Assembly: GCA_964622545.1 (NCBI GenBank)
Contig: CAZUQM010000002.1
Coordinates: 225,713 to 289,712 of the forward strand
Direction of reading: 5' to 3'
Length of the DNA: 64,000 nt
DNA from: an uncultured Planctomycetales bacterium
Lineage (GTDB): Bacteria; Planctomycetota; Phycisphaerae; UBA1845; JAFGLZ01
Below the pieces are notes generated by a model, which saw nothing but the letters and a program-made list of their open reading frames with translations, had not been told where the DNA came from and ran no database searches. A program made the translations under genes and the position numbers. Every line of letters starts with the position of its first letter. Position 1 is the first letter of the stretch. Positions 46,401 through 54,956 of the stretch are shown in pieces.

Positions 46401-47140
46401 ACAAGATGCAGCAAGCCCCACGCAACCACCGCGCCCACGGCCGCGAGCACCGGGCCGATCAGCACCCACACGCTCACACGACCCTTCGCGGGCCCGCCTG
46501 AGGACGTCGAATCGGACTCGCCCCGCGCTTCCAGCCAGCGCAGCACGGGCAGGGCACCGAGATCGTGAATGAGGTAAAACGCCGCCCCGACCACCGCCCT
46601 CAGGCCGTGGCTGAGAAGCCAGGCGAGAAGCCACGCCGGCGCGCCGGGCACGAGCGACACCCGTCCCCTCGCCATGCACGTCGCCAAGCCGCTGAAGGCC
46701 AGCAACGCCTGAAGACCCATGGCAACAGCCGGCAAGGGCGACAACGACGCCCCGACGCCCCAGTAGCTGATCCACAGAGAGACCATAACGGGCAGGGACC
46801 GTTCGCCCGCGGCTAGGCCCACCAGCCCAGCGCACGCCAGCACCGCGTAGATCCCGACCACGCCGCGCGTCAGACCCCGCAAGCGCTGGCCGACCTGGGC
46901 GGCCAGATACAGCTCCGCCACGCCGGCGGCGATGCCGCCGATCGCAAGCAAGATGCCGACCGGCAAGCCGATCCAACCCGCCTGCCACGCCATCCAAGCC
47001 AGCGGGATCGCGCCCAGCACATGAAGGAACCCGTGCAGGAGCACGACCGCGCGATGGACCTCGAGCACCGTCAGGTCCGAGCGCGAACCCATCGGTGGAA
47101 GGCGTGCTGCATCAGAGGCGTCGTGCTTGGGTTCGGCCAT
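43448..47140 (-). CDS. 1230-aa FtsX/MacB/LolCE-type permease fused to a large polytopic N-terminal domain
   Basis: Residues ~560-1230 have a TM1 (FFAIGAVTLCVAMVLIVISVMGGF), a very large extracytoplasmic domain and a C-terminal FtsX 3-TM module (TEKTRDIGILKSVGAS...). Residues 1-~550 are a run of hydrophobic helices that I cannot assign to a family. The gene overlaps the ATPase gene by 8 nt and starts 3 nt after the lysS stop. Confidence 0.85.
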   Translation of the reverse strand: MAEPKHDASDAARLPPMGSRSDLTVLEVHRAVVLLHGFLHVLGAIPLAWMAWQAGWIGLPVGILLAIGGIAAGVAELYLAAQVGQRLRGLTRGVVGIYAVLACAGLVGLAAGERSLPVMVSLWISYWGVGASLSPLPAVAMGLQALLAFSGLATCMARGRVSLVPGAPAWLLAWLLSHGLRAVVGAAFYLIHDLGALPVLRWLEARGESDSTSSGGPAKGRVSVWVLIGPVLAAVGAVVAWGLLHLVWAHVPPILWPLCYLILVDLVVLPLLPTLAWIVVGIYGRVARRGEAWAFAISPVFILMAVPAVLVLVWVNLHVWLLRAGQALGRWQIGPVHPTKQALAGAVWIHVLAWFLVTALNAQSGLWLIGTEIPGQALYERHRDTEIARLLEKSPVVLANRDKMLPGLYERAIQANDMVAFEDYVLLTGKGPDASRAELRDLSFQTRRRLVGLPWYYSPAEMSIDKVERCVVFAGCLLLGAVTLIRLPGLNALLRFAWLRFVVYLLRLGLPVGLLSACLVGDSPMPDYVALNIGLVIVGLAVLAFACWLGWVISRDVSATRHYAPFMATRLLQKRRIAFFAIGAVTLCVAMVLIVISVMGGFLDLVRERSHGLLGDLIMQNGSLLGFPGYQEFSDRIKTLRDEDGHPIVAEATPVIYTYGVLRIDSSKVTQMIRVMGIRLDEIVNVTRFGEGLSHEPLYPGTTHLSRQQQPYWGRDKEKLPVLPPKYEAARAKGLATLDDPNKLDRFQREPYERYPGPFFYIGHHRSDVAELYHALRSMMAELQLIGEDAAAGQWKGSTVSRGGADTEDVLRQAAESSKNGSSSSTAPAAPEVPTLADRALKQASELEDLLKESVPYLPEWPELEPVKPALEGLIEPLMEISDKLTARDKSVVDAINAVLGKLRGPLDALALVHNRPGYTGPSLYGVIIGRDLIAKREASGEYRRYYPRGSEMTVAVLPLTPSGTFARQKPISLKLRYVDDSRTGVYDIDSICVYVDFEMMQQMMQMGPLKKEGGGTTPPRASQVLIKLTEGQDLLEARRLLWKEWAAHCRGWMDEGLDAMHEVEINTWEEQQAQFIAAVHKEKILVLTLFAVVSAVAIFLVLCIFYMIVTEKTRDIGILKSVGASAGGVAGVFLAYGAAIGVVGGALGIWLGTIFVHNINTVQDWMARIHPGLRIWSAEVYTFDIIPDKVKPEEAAVIFIVAVISSVLGATFPALRAGRTWPVEALRYE

Positions 47141-47143
47141 GGT

Positions 47144-48724
47144 CTAGGGATTGTCCTGTGGGATGTCGTCGGGTTTCGGCGGCTGATCGGCGCGACGGAT
47201 CTCATCAGCCACGCCCTCGCCAAGCTTCACGTCCGTGTCCGGGTCGGAGGGCAACGCCGGTCGCTGCAGCGGAAACAGGATGATGTCGCGGATGCTCTTG
47301 CAGCCGGTCAACAGCATGACGATCCGGTCAATGCCGATGCCCAACCCGCCCGCCGGCGGCATGCCGTATTGCAGGGCCAAGACGAAATCCTCATCCATGA
47401 CGGCCATCGTCTCTTCCTGGCCTTCGAGCTGGATGCGAAAGTTCTCCTCCTGCACCCGCGGGTCGTTCAGCTCGGTGTACGCATTGCCGAGCTCCATCCC
47501 GCCGGCCGCGAAGATCTCGAACCGCAGCGCGATGCTCGGATCGTCCGGCTTGCGTTTGGTCAGCGGACAGAGCGGCGCGGGGTAGTCGCGCACGAACGTC
47601 GGGTTCACGAGCTTGGGTTCGACCGTGGCCTCGAAGACCTCCTGCAAGACGACGGCGTCGGCGTGCTTGGCGTGCTCGATGCCCAACTGCTCGGCCTTAC
47701 CTCGTACGCCGGCCATGTCCTGCATGTTCACGCCCGCGTACTCGGCCAGGCAGTCCGCGTAGGTCCGCCGCGACCACGGCGGCGCAAAGTCGATCTCCAG
47801 GTTCCCGAACGTCCGCTTGAAGCCGCCGCCGATCCGCTCGATGGCCGCGGTGACCATGGCCTCGCTCAGGTCCATCATATCGTGGTAGTCACCGTAGGCC
47901 TGATAGACTTCCAACATGGTGAATTCGGGGTTGTGTTTTGTGCTGATCCCCTCGTTGCGGAAGTTACGGTTGATCTCAAAGACGCGCTCCAGCCCGCCCA
48001 CCAGTAGCCGCTTCAGGTACAGCTCGGGGCTGATCCGCAGGTACAACTCGACGTCGAGCGTGTTGTGGTGGGTGGTGAACGGTCGGGCCTCGGCGCCGCC
48101 ATAGATCGGCTGGAGCATCGGCGTCTCGACCTCCATGAAACCCTTGCCGCGCAACGTCTCGCGGAAGGCGTCGATGATCTGGCTCCGCTGGACGAAGGCC
48201 TCGCGGACCTCGGGGTTCGCAAACAGGTCGACGTACCGGTGACGATACCGCCACTCGACGTCCGTCAGGCCGTGATACTTCTCCGGCGGCGGCCGCAGCG
48301 CCTTACTCAGCAGCGTGATCGAGTCGGCCCAGACGGTGATCTCGCCCGTCTTGGTCTTTCCGAGGTGGCCCTCCACGCCGATGATGTCGCCCAGATCGAG
48401 CAGCTTGATCATCGGCCAGGCCTCGCGGAGCGCCTTCTTGCTCAGGCCGAACTGGATGTCGCCGGTACGGTCGCGGACCGTCAGGAAGGCCAGGCTCCCG
48501 AACATCCGCTGCAGGACGATTCGCCCGGCCGCCCGGGTCCGCTCGCCCTCGGCCGATTCGGCGTCGGCGAGGTTCAGGGACTCGGCACGGCGGCGGATCT
48601 CAGCGAAGGGCTCGGCGTCTTCGAATCGCTCACCAAACGCCTCCACGCCAAGTTCGCGCAGCTTGTCCAGCTTCTTCAGGCGGTCTTGGTAATGCTGCTG
48701 CTGATCGGAAGGGGTATCGCTCAC
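47144..48724 (-). CDS. lysS: lysine--tRNA ligase (class II)
   Basis: An OB-fold N-terminal part. Class II motifs FMEVETPMLQPIYGGAEARPF, YLRISPELYLKRLLVGG and GLGIGIDRIVMLL. Confidence 0.95.
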   Translation of the reverse strand: MSDTPSDQQQHYQDRLKKLDKLRELGVEAFGERFEDAEPFAEIRRRAESLNLADAESAEGERTRAAGRIVLQRMFGSLAFLTVRDRTGDIQFGLSKKALREAWPMIKLLDLGDIIGVEGHLGKTKTGEITVWADSITLLSKALRPPPEKYHGLTDVEWRYRHRYVDLFANPEVREAFVQRSQIIDAFRETLRGKGFMEVETPMLQPIYGGAEARPFTTHHNTLDVELYLRISPELYLKRLLVGGLERVFEINRNFRNEGISTKHNPEFTMLEVYQAYGDYHDMMDLSEAMVTAAIERIGGGFKRTFGNLEIDFAPPWSRRTYADCLAEYAGVNMQDMAGVRGKAEQLGIEHAKHADAVVLQEVFEATVEPKLVNPTFVRDYPAPLCPLTKRKPDDPSIALRFEIFAAGGMELGNAYTELNDPRVQEENFRIQLEGQEETMAVMDEDFVLALQYGMPPAGGLGIGIDRIVMLLTGCKSIRDIILFPLQRPALPSDPDTDVKLGEGVADEIRRADQPPKPDDIPQDNP

Positions 48725-48945
48725 CGGTTCACGTCTCGCTTCGTATCAAGGGGCCAAGACGGGCATGGTAACCGCTCGGACCGCACTACATCAACACACC
48801 GAGCGGCTGACGCCGAGGTGTGGATGTCTCAATCAGCGACCGGTTGAACCGTTACGCCTCATCCGACCCGGTCGCCCTCGGCCGGGATGATCCCTTGGCT
48901 CACGGCCGGGGACGACCCTGTCAGACGGCCCGAAGTGGCTTAGGG

Positions 48946-48974
48946 TTTATCCTATCGGTCGCGACGAGTATAAT
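48946..48974 (+). promoter_or_regulatory. candidate promoter of the Cys/Met PLP-enzyme gene
   Basis: Perfect TATAAT at 48969-48974, with TTTATC 17 nt upstream (48946-48951). It lies ~90 nt before ATG 49062. Confidence 0.45.
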
Positions 48975-49061
48975 CTTCCCTTTCGTCTTAATCTCACGAG
49001 GTCGGATGCGGGTTGGTGAGGGAACCTGGTTCGACTTGAGCGACCCTCGCGGAGTGCCAGG

Positions 49062-50255
49062 ATGACGCGTTTCACGGATCAACCGACCGGCCGGCGAGAC
49101 ACCGACGCCGTCCATTGCGGCGAAAACCGATGGCTGGGCACGGTCACCACACCCATCGCCTATAGCAGCACCTTCGTGTTCAAGGACATGGACGAGGTCC
49201 GACGGTACGGACTCGCCGAGACGCCCCACTACGAGTATGGCCGATACGGCAACCCCACCCGCGAGGCCGCCGAGCGCAAGCTGGCCGCCCTCGAGGGCGC
49301 CGAGCGATGCCTGCTCTTCGACTGCGGCATGAGCGCGGTGACGACGGCCATCCTGGCCAGGTGCGACCAGGGCTCGCACGTCGTCATCACCGACGACGCC
49401 TACAAGCAGAGCCTGACGTTCGTGACCAAGGCCCTGCCCCGCTTCGGCATCAGCTCCACCGTCGTGCCGATGAACGACTACGACGCGATGGCCGAGGCCG
49501 TTCGACCCGAGACGGTGATGATCGTCTCGGAGTCGCCGACGAACCCCTATCTGAACATCGCCGACATCGACCGCATCGTCGCGATCGCACGCGACAAGAA
49601 CGTGTTGAGCGTCATCGACAATACCTTCGCCACCAGCTTCAACCAGAAGCCGCTCCGCCAGGGCATCGACGTGGTCGTCGGCAGCACGACCAAGTACCTC
49701 GGCGGGCACAACGACCTGCTCGGCGGCTATATCATCGGCGCCGCCGAAGTCATCGAGCCGATGCACCAGTGGCGGCGGATGACGGGCGGGACGATCGACC
49801 CGATGAGCAGCTACCTGCTCCTACGCGGCATCAAGACCTTCGGCCTGCGGATGGAGCGCCTCAACGCGACCGCCCAGCGGGTGGCCAGGGTCCTCGAAAC
49901 CCATCCCAAGGTCCGCAAGACCTACTACCCGGGCCTGGAGAGTCACCGCCATCATGACCTGGCGATCAAGTACATGACCGGCTTCGGCGCGGTCGTCACG
50001 TTCGAGATCCACGGCGATTTGGACGATACGATGGCCTTCTTCGACGCGCTGGAGTTGTGTATGCTCGCCCCCAGCTTCGGTGGTCCCGAGACGCTCATCA
50101 CGCACCCCGCGCTCATGAGCTACTACAACGTCTCGCGCGAGGAGCGCTACGAGCTGGGCATCATCGACGAGCTGGTCCGCCTGTCGGTCGGCCTGGAAGA
50201 CCCGCAGGATATCCTAGACGATCTCGAGCGAGGCCTATCGCGCGTTCGTGGGTAA
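49062..50255 (+). CDS. trans-sulfuration family PLP enzyme (cystathionine gamma-synthase/beta-lyase/methionine gamma-lyase family)
   Basis: YGRYGNPT, SESPTNP, VIDNTFA and the PLP-lysine motif GSTTKYLGGHND. The C-terminus has LSVGLEDPQDILDDL. Confidence 0.9.
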   Translation: MTRFTDQPTGRRDTDAVHCGENRWLGTVTTPIAYSSTFVFKDMDEVRRYGLAETPHYEYGRYGNPTREAAERKLAALEGAERCLLFDCGMSAVTTAILARCDQGSHVVITDDAYKQSLTFVTKALPRFGISSTVVPMNDYDAMAEAVRPETVMIVSESPTNPYLNIADIDRIVAIARDKNVLSVIDNTFATSFNQKPLRQGIDVVVGSTTKYLGGHNDLLGGYIIGAAEVIEPMHQWRRMTGGTIDPMSSYLLLRGIKTFGLRMERLNATAQRVARVLETHPKVRKTYYPGLESHRHHDLAIKYMTGFGAVVTFEIHGDLDDTMAFFDALELCMLAPSFGGPETLITHPALMSYYNVSREERYELGIIDELVRLSVGLEDPQDILDDLERGLSRVRG

Positions 50256-51837
50256 GGTCACGAGGTCCCGCGACGCCCGCGCGGTCGGCCGCTTCACGGG
50301 AGTCCCTGTGTCCGAGCCTGTCGGCGAACCGAGACAGAACGCCATCCCGGAGGGGACCCGCCCCGACCGGCGATGGCCGACGATTCTGGCCGCGCTGGCC
50401 GCCGCGGTGCTGGCCGGCGCCATCGCCCTGCACCGCATCAGCGAACCCATGCCCTGGGCCGACGAGATGCAGACACTCGGCTACTGCACCGGCTCATGGG
50501 CTCAGGGTCTGCACCTGGCCACCCACACCCAGAACATGCCCGTCGGCTACTGGCTCATCAGCAAGACGCTCTTCAGCCTGACCGGCTTGAACATCGTGAC
50601 CATGCGCGTGGTCTCGGCGCTGAGCTTCATGGCCCTGGCCGCGGCCGCGGTGGTCGTCTTGCGGCGATGGCTGCCGTTGGCCGTTGCGTTGGGCGTCGGC
50701 CTGTTGATCGCGACGCACCCCGCGCTGGTCTGGCACGCCCGCGACGGACGGGTCTACATGCTCTTGCTCCTGGCCCAAGCCGCGAGCGTGGCGCTACTGA
50801 CGGCCCGCCCCTTCAAGGGACGCGAGCCGCTCTGGATCGTCGTGACCACGCTGGCCGTCTATCTGCATCATCATTCGCTGCTGCTGGTCGTGATCGAGGC
50901 ACTTATCCTCTTCGACCGGGGCCTGCCGCTCCGGAGGGCCCTTGCATGGGTAGCGGCGCTCTCAGCACCCGATCTGATCCTCGTCTACCTGGCCATGCAG
51001 ACGCCCAACGTCGCGAGCCAGCTCGCCGGCACAGGACAGACGTTCGCGCCCAACGTGCTGTTGGCGCTCGATCGGCTCGGCACGGGCGTCTCGGAGATGA
51101 TCCCCCTGCCGATCGAGCCGCTGTGGCGCAAGCTCATCGGCGGCGGCCTGATCCTGGTCCCGTCGCTCATCACGATCTGGCGGGGGCGCGCGGCGCACGG
51201 TTGGCTCGGAATCGCCGTGCTCGCGTTGCTCGTGGTGCCCGCGGCCGTCCACGACGCCATGGATGTCTTCTACGAGCCGCGGTTCGTCGTGCTCGTCAAT
51301 CTGCTCGTGCTGGTCTGGCTCGGGAGTTGCCTGACGCTGGTGGCGGGACGCTGGGGTGCGCTGGCCGCTTGTCTCGGTCTCGTGGGGCTCTTTGGATGGG
51401 TCGATCGATCCGTCGTCCGCCCGCAGATCTCCCCCTACCGGCCGACGGTGGCCGCGGTCAACGACGACATCGCCGACCGCCCCGGCAAGATCGTGATGCA
51501 TCCGGGCTATCTGGTGGGCTGCTGGTTCCTGCCCGACGGCTTCGACACCGCCGGTGGCGTGGTGCTGTCCGAGACGGGCGCGATGGTCGGCGAGGAGAAG
51601 CAGATGGCCGACGACCACGCCGTTCGCTATCCCTCCAAGATGCCGTGGAGCCGGTTCCGCGCCGAGATCGTCGGCGGCACGTCGTTCACGCTCATGCAGG
51701 GCAACCCCGCGCTCTACCCGCGACAGCACGTCGACTTCTGCCAAGAGGACGAGCCCTGGGCAACGGGCTATCGGCTCGAACGACTGTACCCCGACCACCC
51801 GTTCGTCACCATCATCCGCTTCGAAGCCATGAAATAG
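50248..51837 (+). CDS. polytopic membrane protein, GT-C-fold (ArnT/PMT-like) glycosyltransferase candidate
   Basis: About 10 hydrophobic helices. An acidic first-loop motif PWADEMQT. A soluble C-terminal part. GTG start at 50248 overlaps the upstream stop by 8 nt; an alternative GTG lies ~20 codons downstream. The function is inferred from topology and motif only. Confidence 0.55.
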   Translation: MGKVTRSRDARAVGRFTGVPVSEPVGEPRQNAIPEGTRPDRRWPTILAALAAAVLAGAIALHRISEPMPWADEMQTLGYCTGSWAQGLHLATHTQNMPVGYWLISKTLFSLTGLNIVTMRVVSALSFMALAAAAVVVLRRWLPLAVALGVGLLIATHPALVWHARDGRVYMLLLLAQAASVALLTARPFKGREPLWIVVTTLAVYLHHHSLLLVVIEALILFDRGLPLRRALAWVAALSAPDLILVYLAMQTPNVASQLAGTGQTFAPNVLLALDRLGTGVSEMIPLPIEPLWRKLIGGGLILVPSLITIWRGRAAHGWLGIAVLALLVVPAAVHDAMDVFYEPRFVVLVNLLVLVWLGSCLTLVAGRWGALAACLGLVGLFGWVDRSVVRPQISPYRPTVAAVNDDIADRPGKIVMHPGYLVGCWFLPDGFDTAGGVVLSETGAMVGEEKQMADDHAVRYPSKMPWSRFRAEIVGGTSFTLMQGNPALYPRQHVDFCQEDEPWATGYRLERLYPDHPFVTIIRFEAMK

Positions 51838-51923
51838 GCGCTGCGGCGAACGCGGTGGACTGAATCTCGAAGCATCTGGGCAGACGGACCCCGCATCGCG
51901 CCGCCTGGCGATACCTGGCCGTG

Positions 51924-52075
51924 CTCGTGCCGCGTTTCACACATCGTGCGACGATGGACAGGGGGGCAGACGCCACGGCTGCTGCTCGAGCCGCGGCATT
52001 CATGCCGCGCGGCCGCGCCGGATGAATCCGGCGGCTCGGACAGGTCGTCGCGATACTTCCGAAAGGCAGCACTAG
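51924..52075 (-). repeat. MITE-like element, type 2 (copy 2, inverted relative to 22037-22188)
   Basis: The reverse complement is collinear with 22037-22188 (...CTCGAGCCGCGGCATTCATGCCGCGCGGCCGCGCCGGATGAATCCGGCGGCTCGGACAGGTC...). It ends in CTAG at 52072-52075; the other end is degenerate (CTCG). Confidence 0.75.
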
Positions 52076-53277
52076 CCCCCCTTCCGCCAGCGGCGGACCA
52101 GGTCGATGATCTTGCCGAGGTCATACCCACGCACGTCGGCGTCGTCATCGACGGCGAAGAACATCCCCCGCCTGTACTTGCCGATCCGCCCCTGCAACAG
52201 TGCGATCCCGTCCGTGTTGGCCACCGTCGGCTCGCCCGTAAACGCACCGAGGTGCTTGTACGTCTTCCGCTCGAAGACGTGCCACACGCTGATCGCGTCC
52301 TGCTGGTCCGTCAGGATTACGAAGCCCGGGTCTTCCTGGACCCCACGTCGCATCGAACCGTAGTAGACCGCGATGCCCTCCGGGTCGCCCTCGATCATCC
52401 CGTCGGCGAACGTCATGCCCGTGAACGCACCGTCCGTGGTGTAGACCTTCACGTTCTTGGGCTTGGCGGCCTCGTCGCAGAGCAGCACGTGCTTGTGCTT
52501 GTGGTCGATCGCGATCGACTCGGCCTCGTGGATGCGACCCTTGCCCGAGGTCGCGCCGAAGCTCTTGACCAGCTTGCCGTCGATGATGTCCTGTCCACAG
52601 GTCTCGCACGGACGCCGCTCGAGCTCGAACACCTTCACCGTGTGTTCGGGAGGCACGTCCGTTTCTGTGACGTACAGCAACCAGTTGCTCTTGGACGGAG
52701 CCCAGAGCTCTTTCGCGGACGAACCGTATCGCGAATAACCGCCGCCCCCATAACCAACGCCTGAGCATCTACCGACCGCGCAACCGTACGGACGATGAAG
52801 CTTGCCCTGCCCGAACATGCCCGCCGGGCGCGGACCGTCAGGCCAGAACGCTTGCACGCGAGCGTTGTCACGCTCGACGACGAGCACAACGGGCACGGGA
52901 GGGAGATTGGAGCTGACGCTGCGCTCGCCTCCCACGATGAAATGAACAACACAGATGCCATTGGGCCTAGCGAACTGGCCGATGCTCTTGCCCTGCGAAC
53001 CGTACCTCCATTCCTGATGCATCGTAGACGCCGGCTTGCCCGTCTCGGCGTCGAAGAGGTGGATCCAGTGCCCGCCCTTGCTCGTGGCCAGGACGATCGT
53101 CTTGCCGCTCTGGAGTCGGCAGGCGGCGAGCGAGTCGGTGTCGTTGTACTTCAGTTCAGGGCTGGCCCAGGCCTGGGGGATGTTGGCGATCGGCTCGGCC
53201 CCGGAGAGCGTCCCACAGACAAGCCAGCATGTGACCATCAGGCTAGTACAGAGGCAGTGCGCGAGTCGGCTCGGCAT
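52072..53277 (-). CDS. secreted beta-propeller phytase (BPP)-like protein
   Basis: Signal peptide MPSRLAHCLCTSLMVTCWLVCGTLSGA. The C-terminal region GIAVYYG...FVILTDQQDAISVWHVFERKTYKHLGAFTGE..ANTDGIALLQG...GMFFAVDDD resembles the Bacillus-type 3-phytase propeller pattern. Confidence 0.65.
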   Translation of the reverse strand: MPSRLAHCLCTSLMVTCWLVCGTLSGAEPIANIPQAWASPELKYNDTDSLAACRLQSGKTIVLATSKGGHWIHLFDAETGKPASTMHQEWRYGSQGKSIGQFARPNGICVVHFIVGGERSVSSNLPPVPVVLVVERDNARVQAFWPDGPRPAGMFGQGKLHRPYGCAVGRCSGVGYGGGGYSRYGSSAKELWAPSKSNWLLYVTETDVPPEHTVKVFELERRPCETCGQDIIDGKLVKSFGATSGKGRIHEAESIAIDHKHKHVLLCDEAAKPKNVKVYTTDGAFTGMTFADGMIEGDPEGIAVYYGSMRRGVQEDPGFVILTDQQDAISVWHVFERKTYKHLGAFTGEPTVANTDGIALLQGRIGKYRRGMFFAVDDDADVRGYDLGKIIDLVRRWRKGG

Positions 53278-53835
53278 GGACGTGCTCCTTGTCAGAACGA
53301 GTTGCCCGTTGATCGATTGAGGAAATACGCGAGGAACGTTGGCACGCGAACATCACGTATTCACGAGAATTACGTTAGTCCTGTTTTATTTGGTCTCCGC
53401 TAGCGCATATCTAGCATCATCTTCACACAAACAAAACACCGATGGTGTAGCGTAGATTATCTCTGGAACCTCCGAAGGGACGTTTGCTCTAAAACGGATT
53501 GGGGGCCATAAGGTTCCAGACACGGACGAGGCATGCTCCATAGCGGGAGTCTGGGCCCTGGGCCGGCGGCGCGGCGCTTGCGGTCAGAGAAGCTCGGCTT
53601 TTGAAGATCAGGCTCTCGCGGCAGTTCCCGGACGTATCCCAGTCAGGAAGGGTAACAACATCGGGTTCAAGGGGAGCCCGTAGGCCTATCGGCCGACACA
53701 GCAGTCATTGGGCTCAATACGGGAGGGAGTTAGCCGGAGGCGAAAAGGGCTGTGCGTGTGCGCAGCCCTGCCCTGCGGGAGATCATGGGTTTGTTCTAAG
53801 GGGGTCACCTATTCGTGTGGAGAAGGAGGAAGGAC

Positions 53836-54840
53836 ATGGGAGAGAGACGATGGAGTTTTGTGGCGATCGCTTGTCTGCTGGCCCTGCCGGCGGCCGCGGT
53901 CGCGGGAACGCTGGAGTCGACAGGAACGATCACGTTGGGCAGCAATTCGTTCTCGTTGGAGACGTGGAACGTTATCGATGACCTCGACTCGATCGACCCG
54001 AACTACGCGGTCGAGCCCGAGGGGATGACGTTCGATCCGGGCACCGGCACCCTCTGGGTCGCGGGTGATCGGGACGATGATGAGACCGATGGGCATCTCG
54101 TCGGCTACGCCGCAGGCGACCTGACCTCGCCGACGGCCCTCAAGATGGCCGATCGCAGCGACGACCCGGGCAAGATGATTGGCCCGGAGGGTCTGGCGGT
54201 CAACACCAGCGGCGCGGGCTACGGTGGTAGCGGCTCGGAAATCGTCTTCTCCGAGACCAAGGGCACCGAGATTGCCGGCGTCGTCGACGTCGCCGGCGGC
54301 CCGCCTGCACCGGTGTCAAACATCATCAACACGCCGTATGAGTGGGACGGTCTGGGCTACGTCTCCAGCCTGGACTACTTCGTCGCCGTGGAAGAACACG
54401 CCGGCGACATCAGCAAGGCCCAGTACTACAGTCACACGGCCACGTCGATGACCGCCGTCGGCAGCCCCTTCGTCGTCAGTGATCAGGCCAAGGGCGTCAC
54501 GGCGCTCGACGGCTACATCGCCAGCGGCCTGCTGGGCATGAACATCACCGACGACCAGGTCCTGGTCTTCGCGGCCAAGCCGGCGAACATCCTCAATGGC
54601 AACCGCCTCGGCTTCTTCGCGCTGGACGGCACCTTGTTGAGTGAGTTCGACATCGATGCGGATCTGGCCATCGGCGCCGAGATCGAGTCGATCGCCGTCG
54701 ATGAGACCAACAAGATCCTCTACCTGGGTGACGAGGAGACCGGACGCATCTACGCGATCAGCAACATCCCCGAGCCGACCACGATGGCCCTGCTGGCCGT
54801 CGGCGGCCTGGGGGCGCTCGTGTCGCGCCGTCGCACGTAG
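53836..54840 (+). CDS. PEP-CTERM sorting-domain secreted protein
   Basis: AAGGAGG RBS. Signal peptide [25 protein letters not shown]-terminal [24 protein letters not shown] (PEP, TM helix, basic cluster). Confidence 0.9.
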   Translation: MGERRWSFVAIACLLALPAAAVAGTLESTGTITLGSNSFSLETWNVIDDLDSIDPNYAVEPEGMTFDPGTGTLWVAGDRDDDETDGHLVGYAAGDLTSPTALKMADRSDDPGKMIGPEGLAVNTSGAGYGGSGSEIVFSETKGTEIAGVVDVAGGPPAPVSNIINTPYEWDGLGYVSSLDYFVAVEEHAGDISKAQYYSHTATSMTAVGSPFVVSDQAKGVTALDGYIASGLLGMNITDDQVLVFAAKPANILNGNRLGFFALDGTLLSEFDIDADLAIGAEIESIAVDETNKILYLGDEETGRIYAISNIPEPTTMALLAVGGLGALVSRRRT

Positions 54841-54906
54841 CGGGCGACCGGGGCGAACCGGCGGCACATCGTCTCGCGGGTTCGCCAGAGGCGTCAGACG
54901 AATGTG

Positions 54907-54948
54907 GACCTCCCGTCCGGAAGCCTCCGGACGGGAGGTCGGCCTTTT
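54907..54948 (+). terminator. rho-independent terminator after the PEP-CTERM gene
   Basis: Perfect 15-bp stem GACCTCCCGTCCGGA(AGCC)TCCGGACGGGAGGTC at 54907-54940, followed by GGCCTTTTGG. Confidence 0.75.
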
Positions 54949-54956
54949 GGCGGAGG

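Noticed and set aside
48990-49064. SAM-I riboswitch upstream of the Cys/Met PLP-enzyme gene (GAGGGA...UGG...CCC...GCC resemblance)
   Set aside because: It is too short and lacks the four-way junction, the kink-turn and the conserved AUC..GAGGGA..GCAACC..GGUGC core. Only a generic pseudoknot possibility is kept as a low-interest finding.
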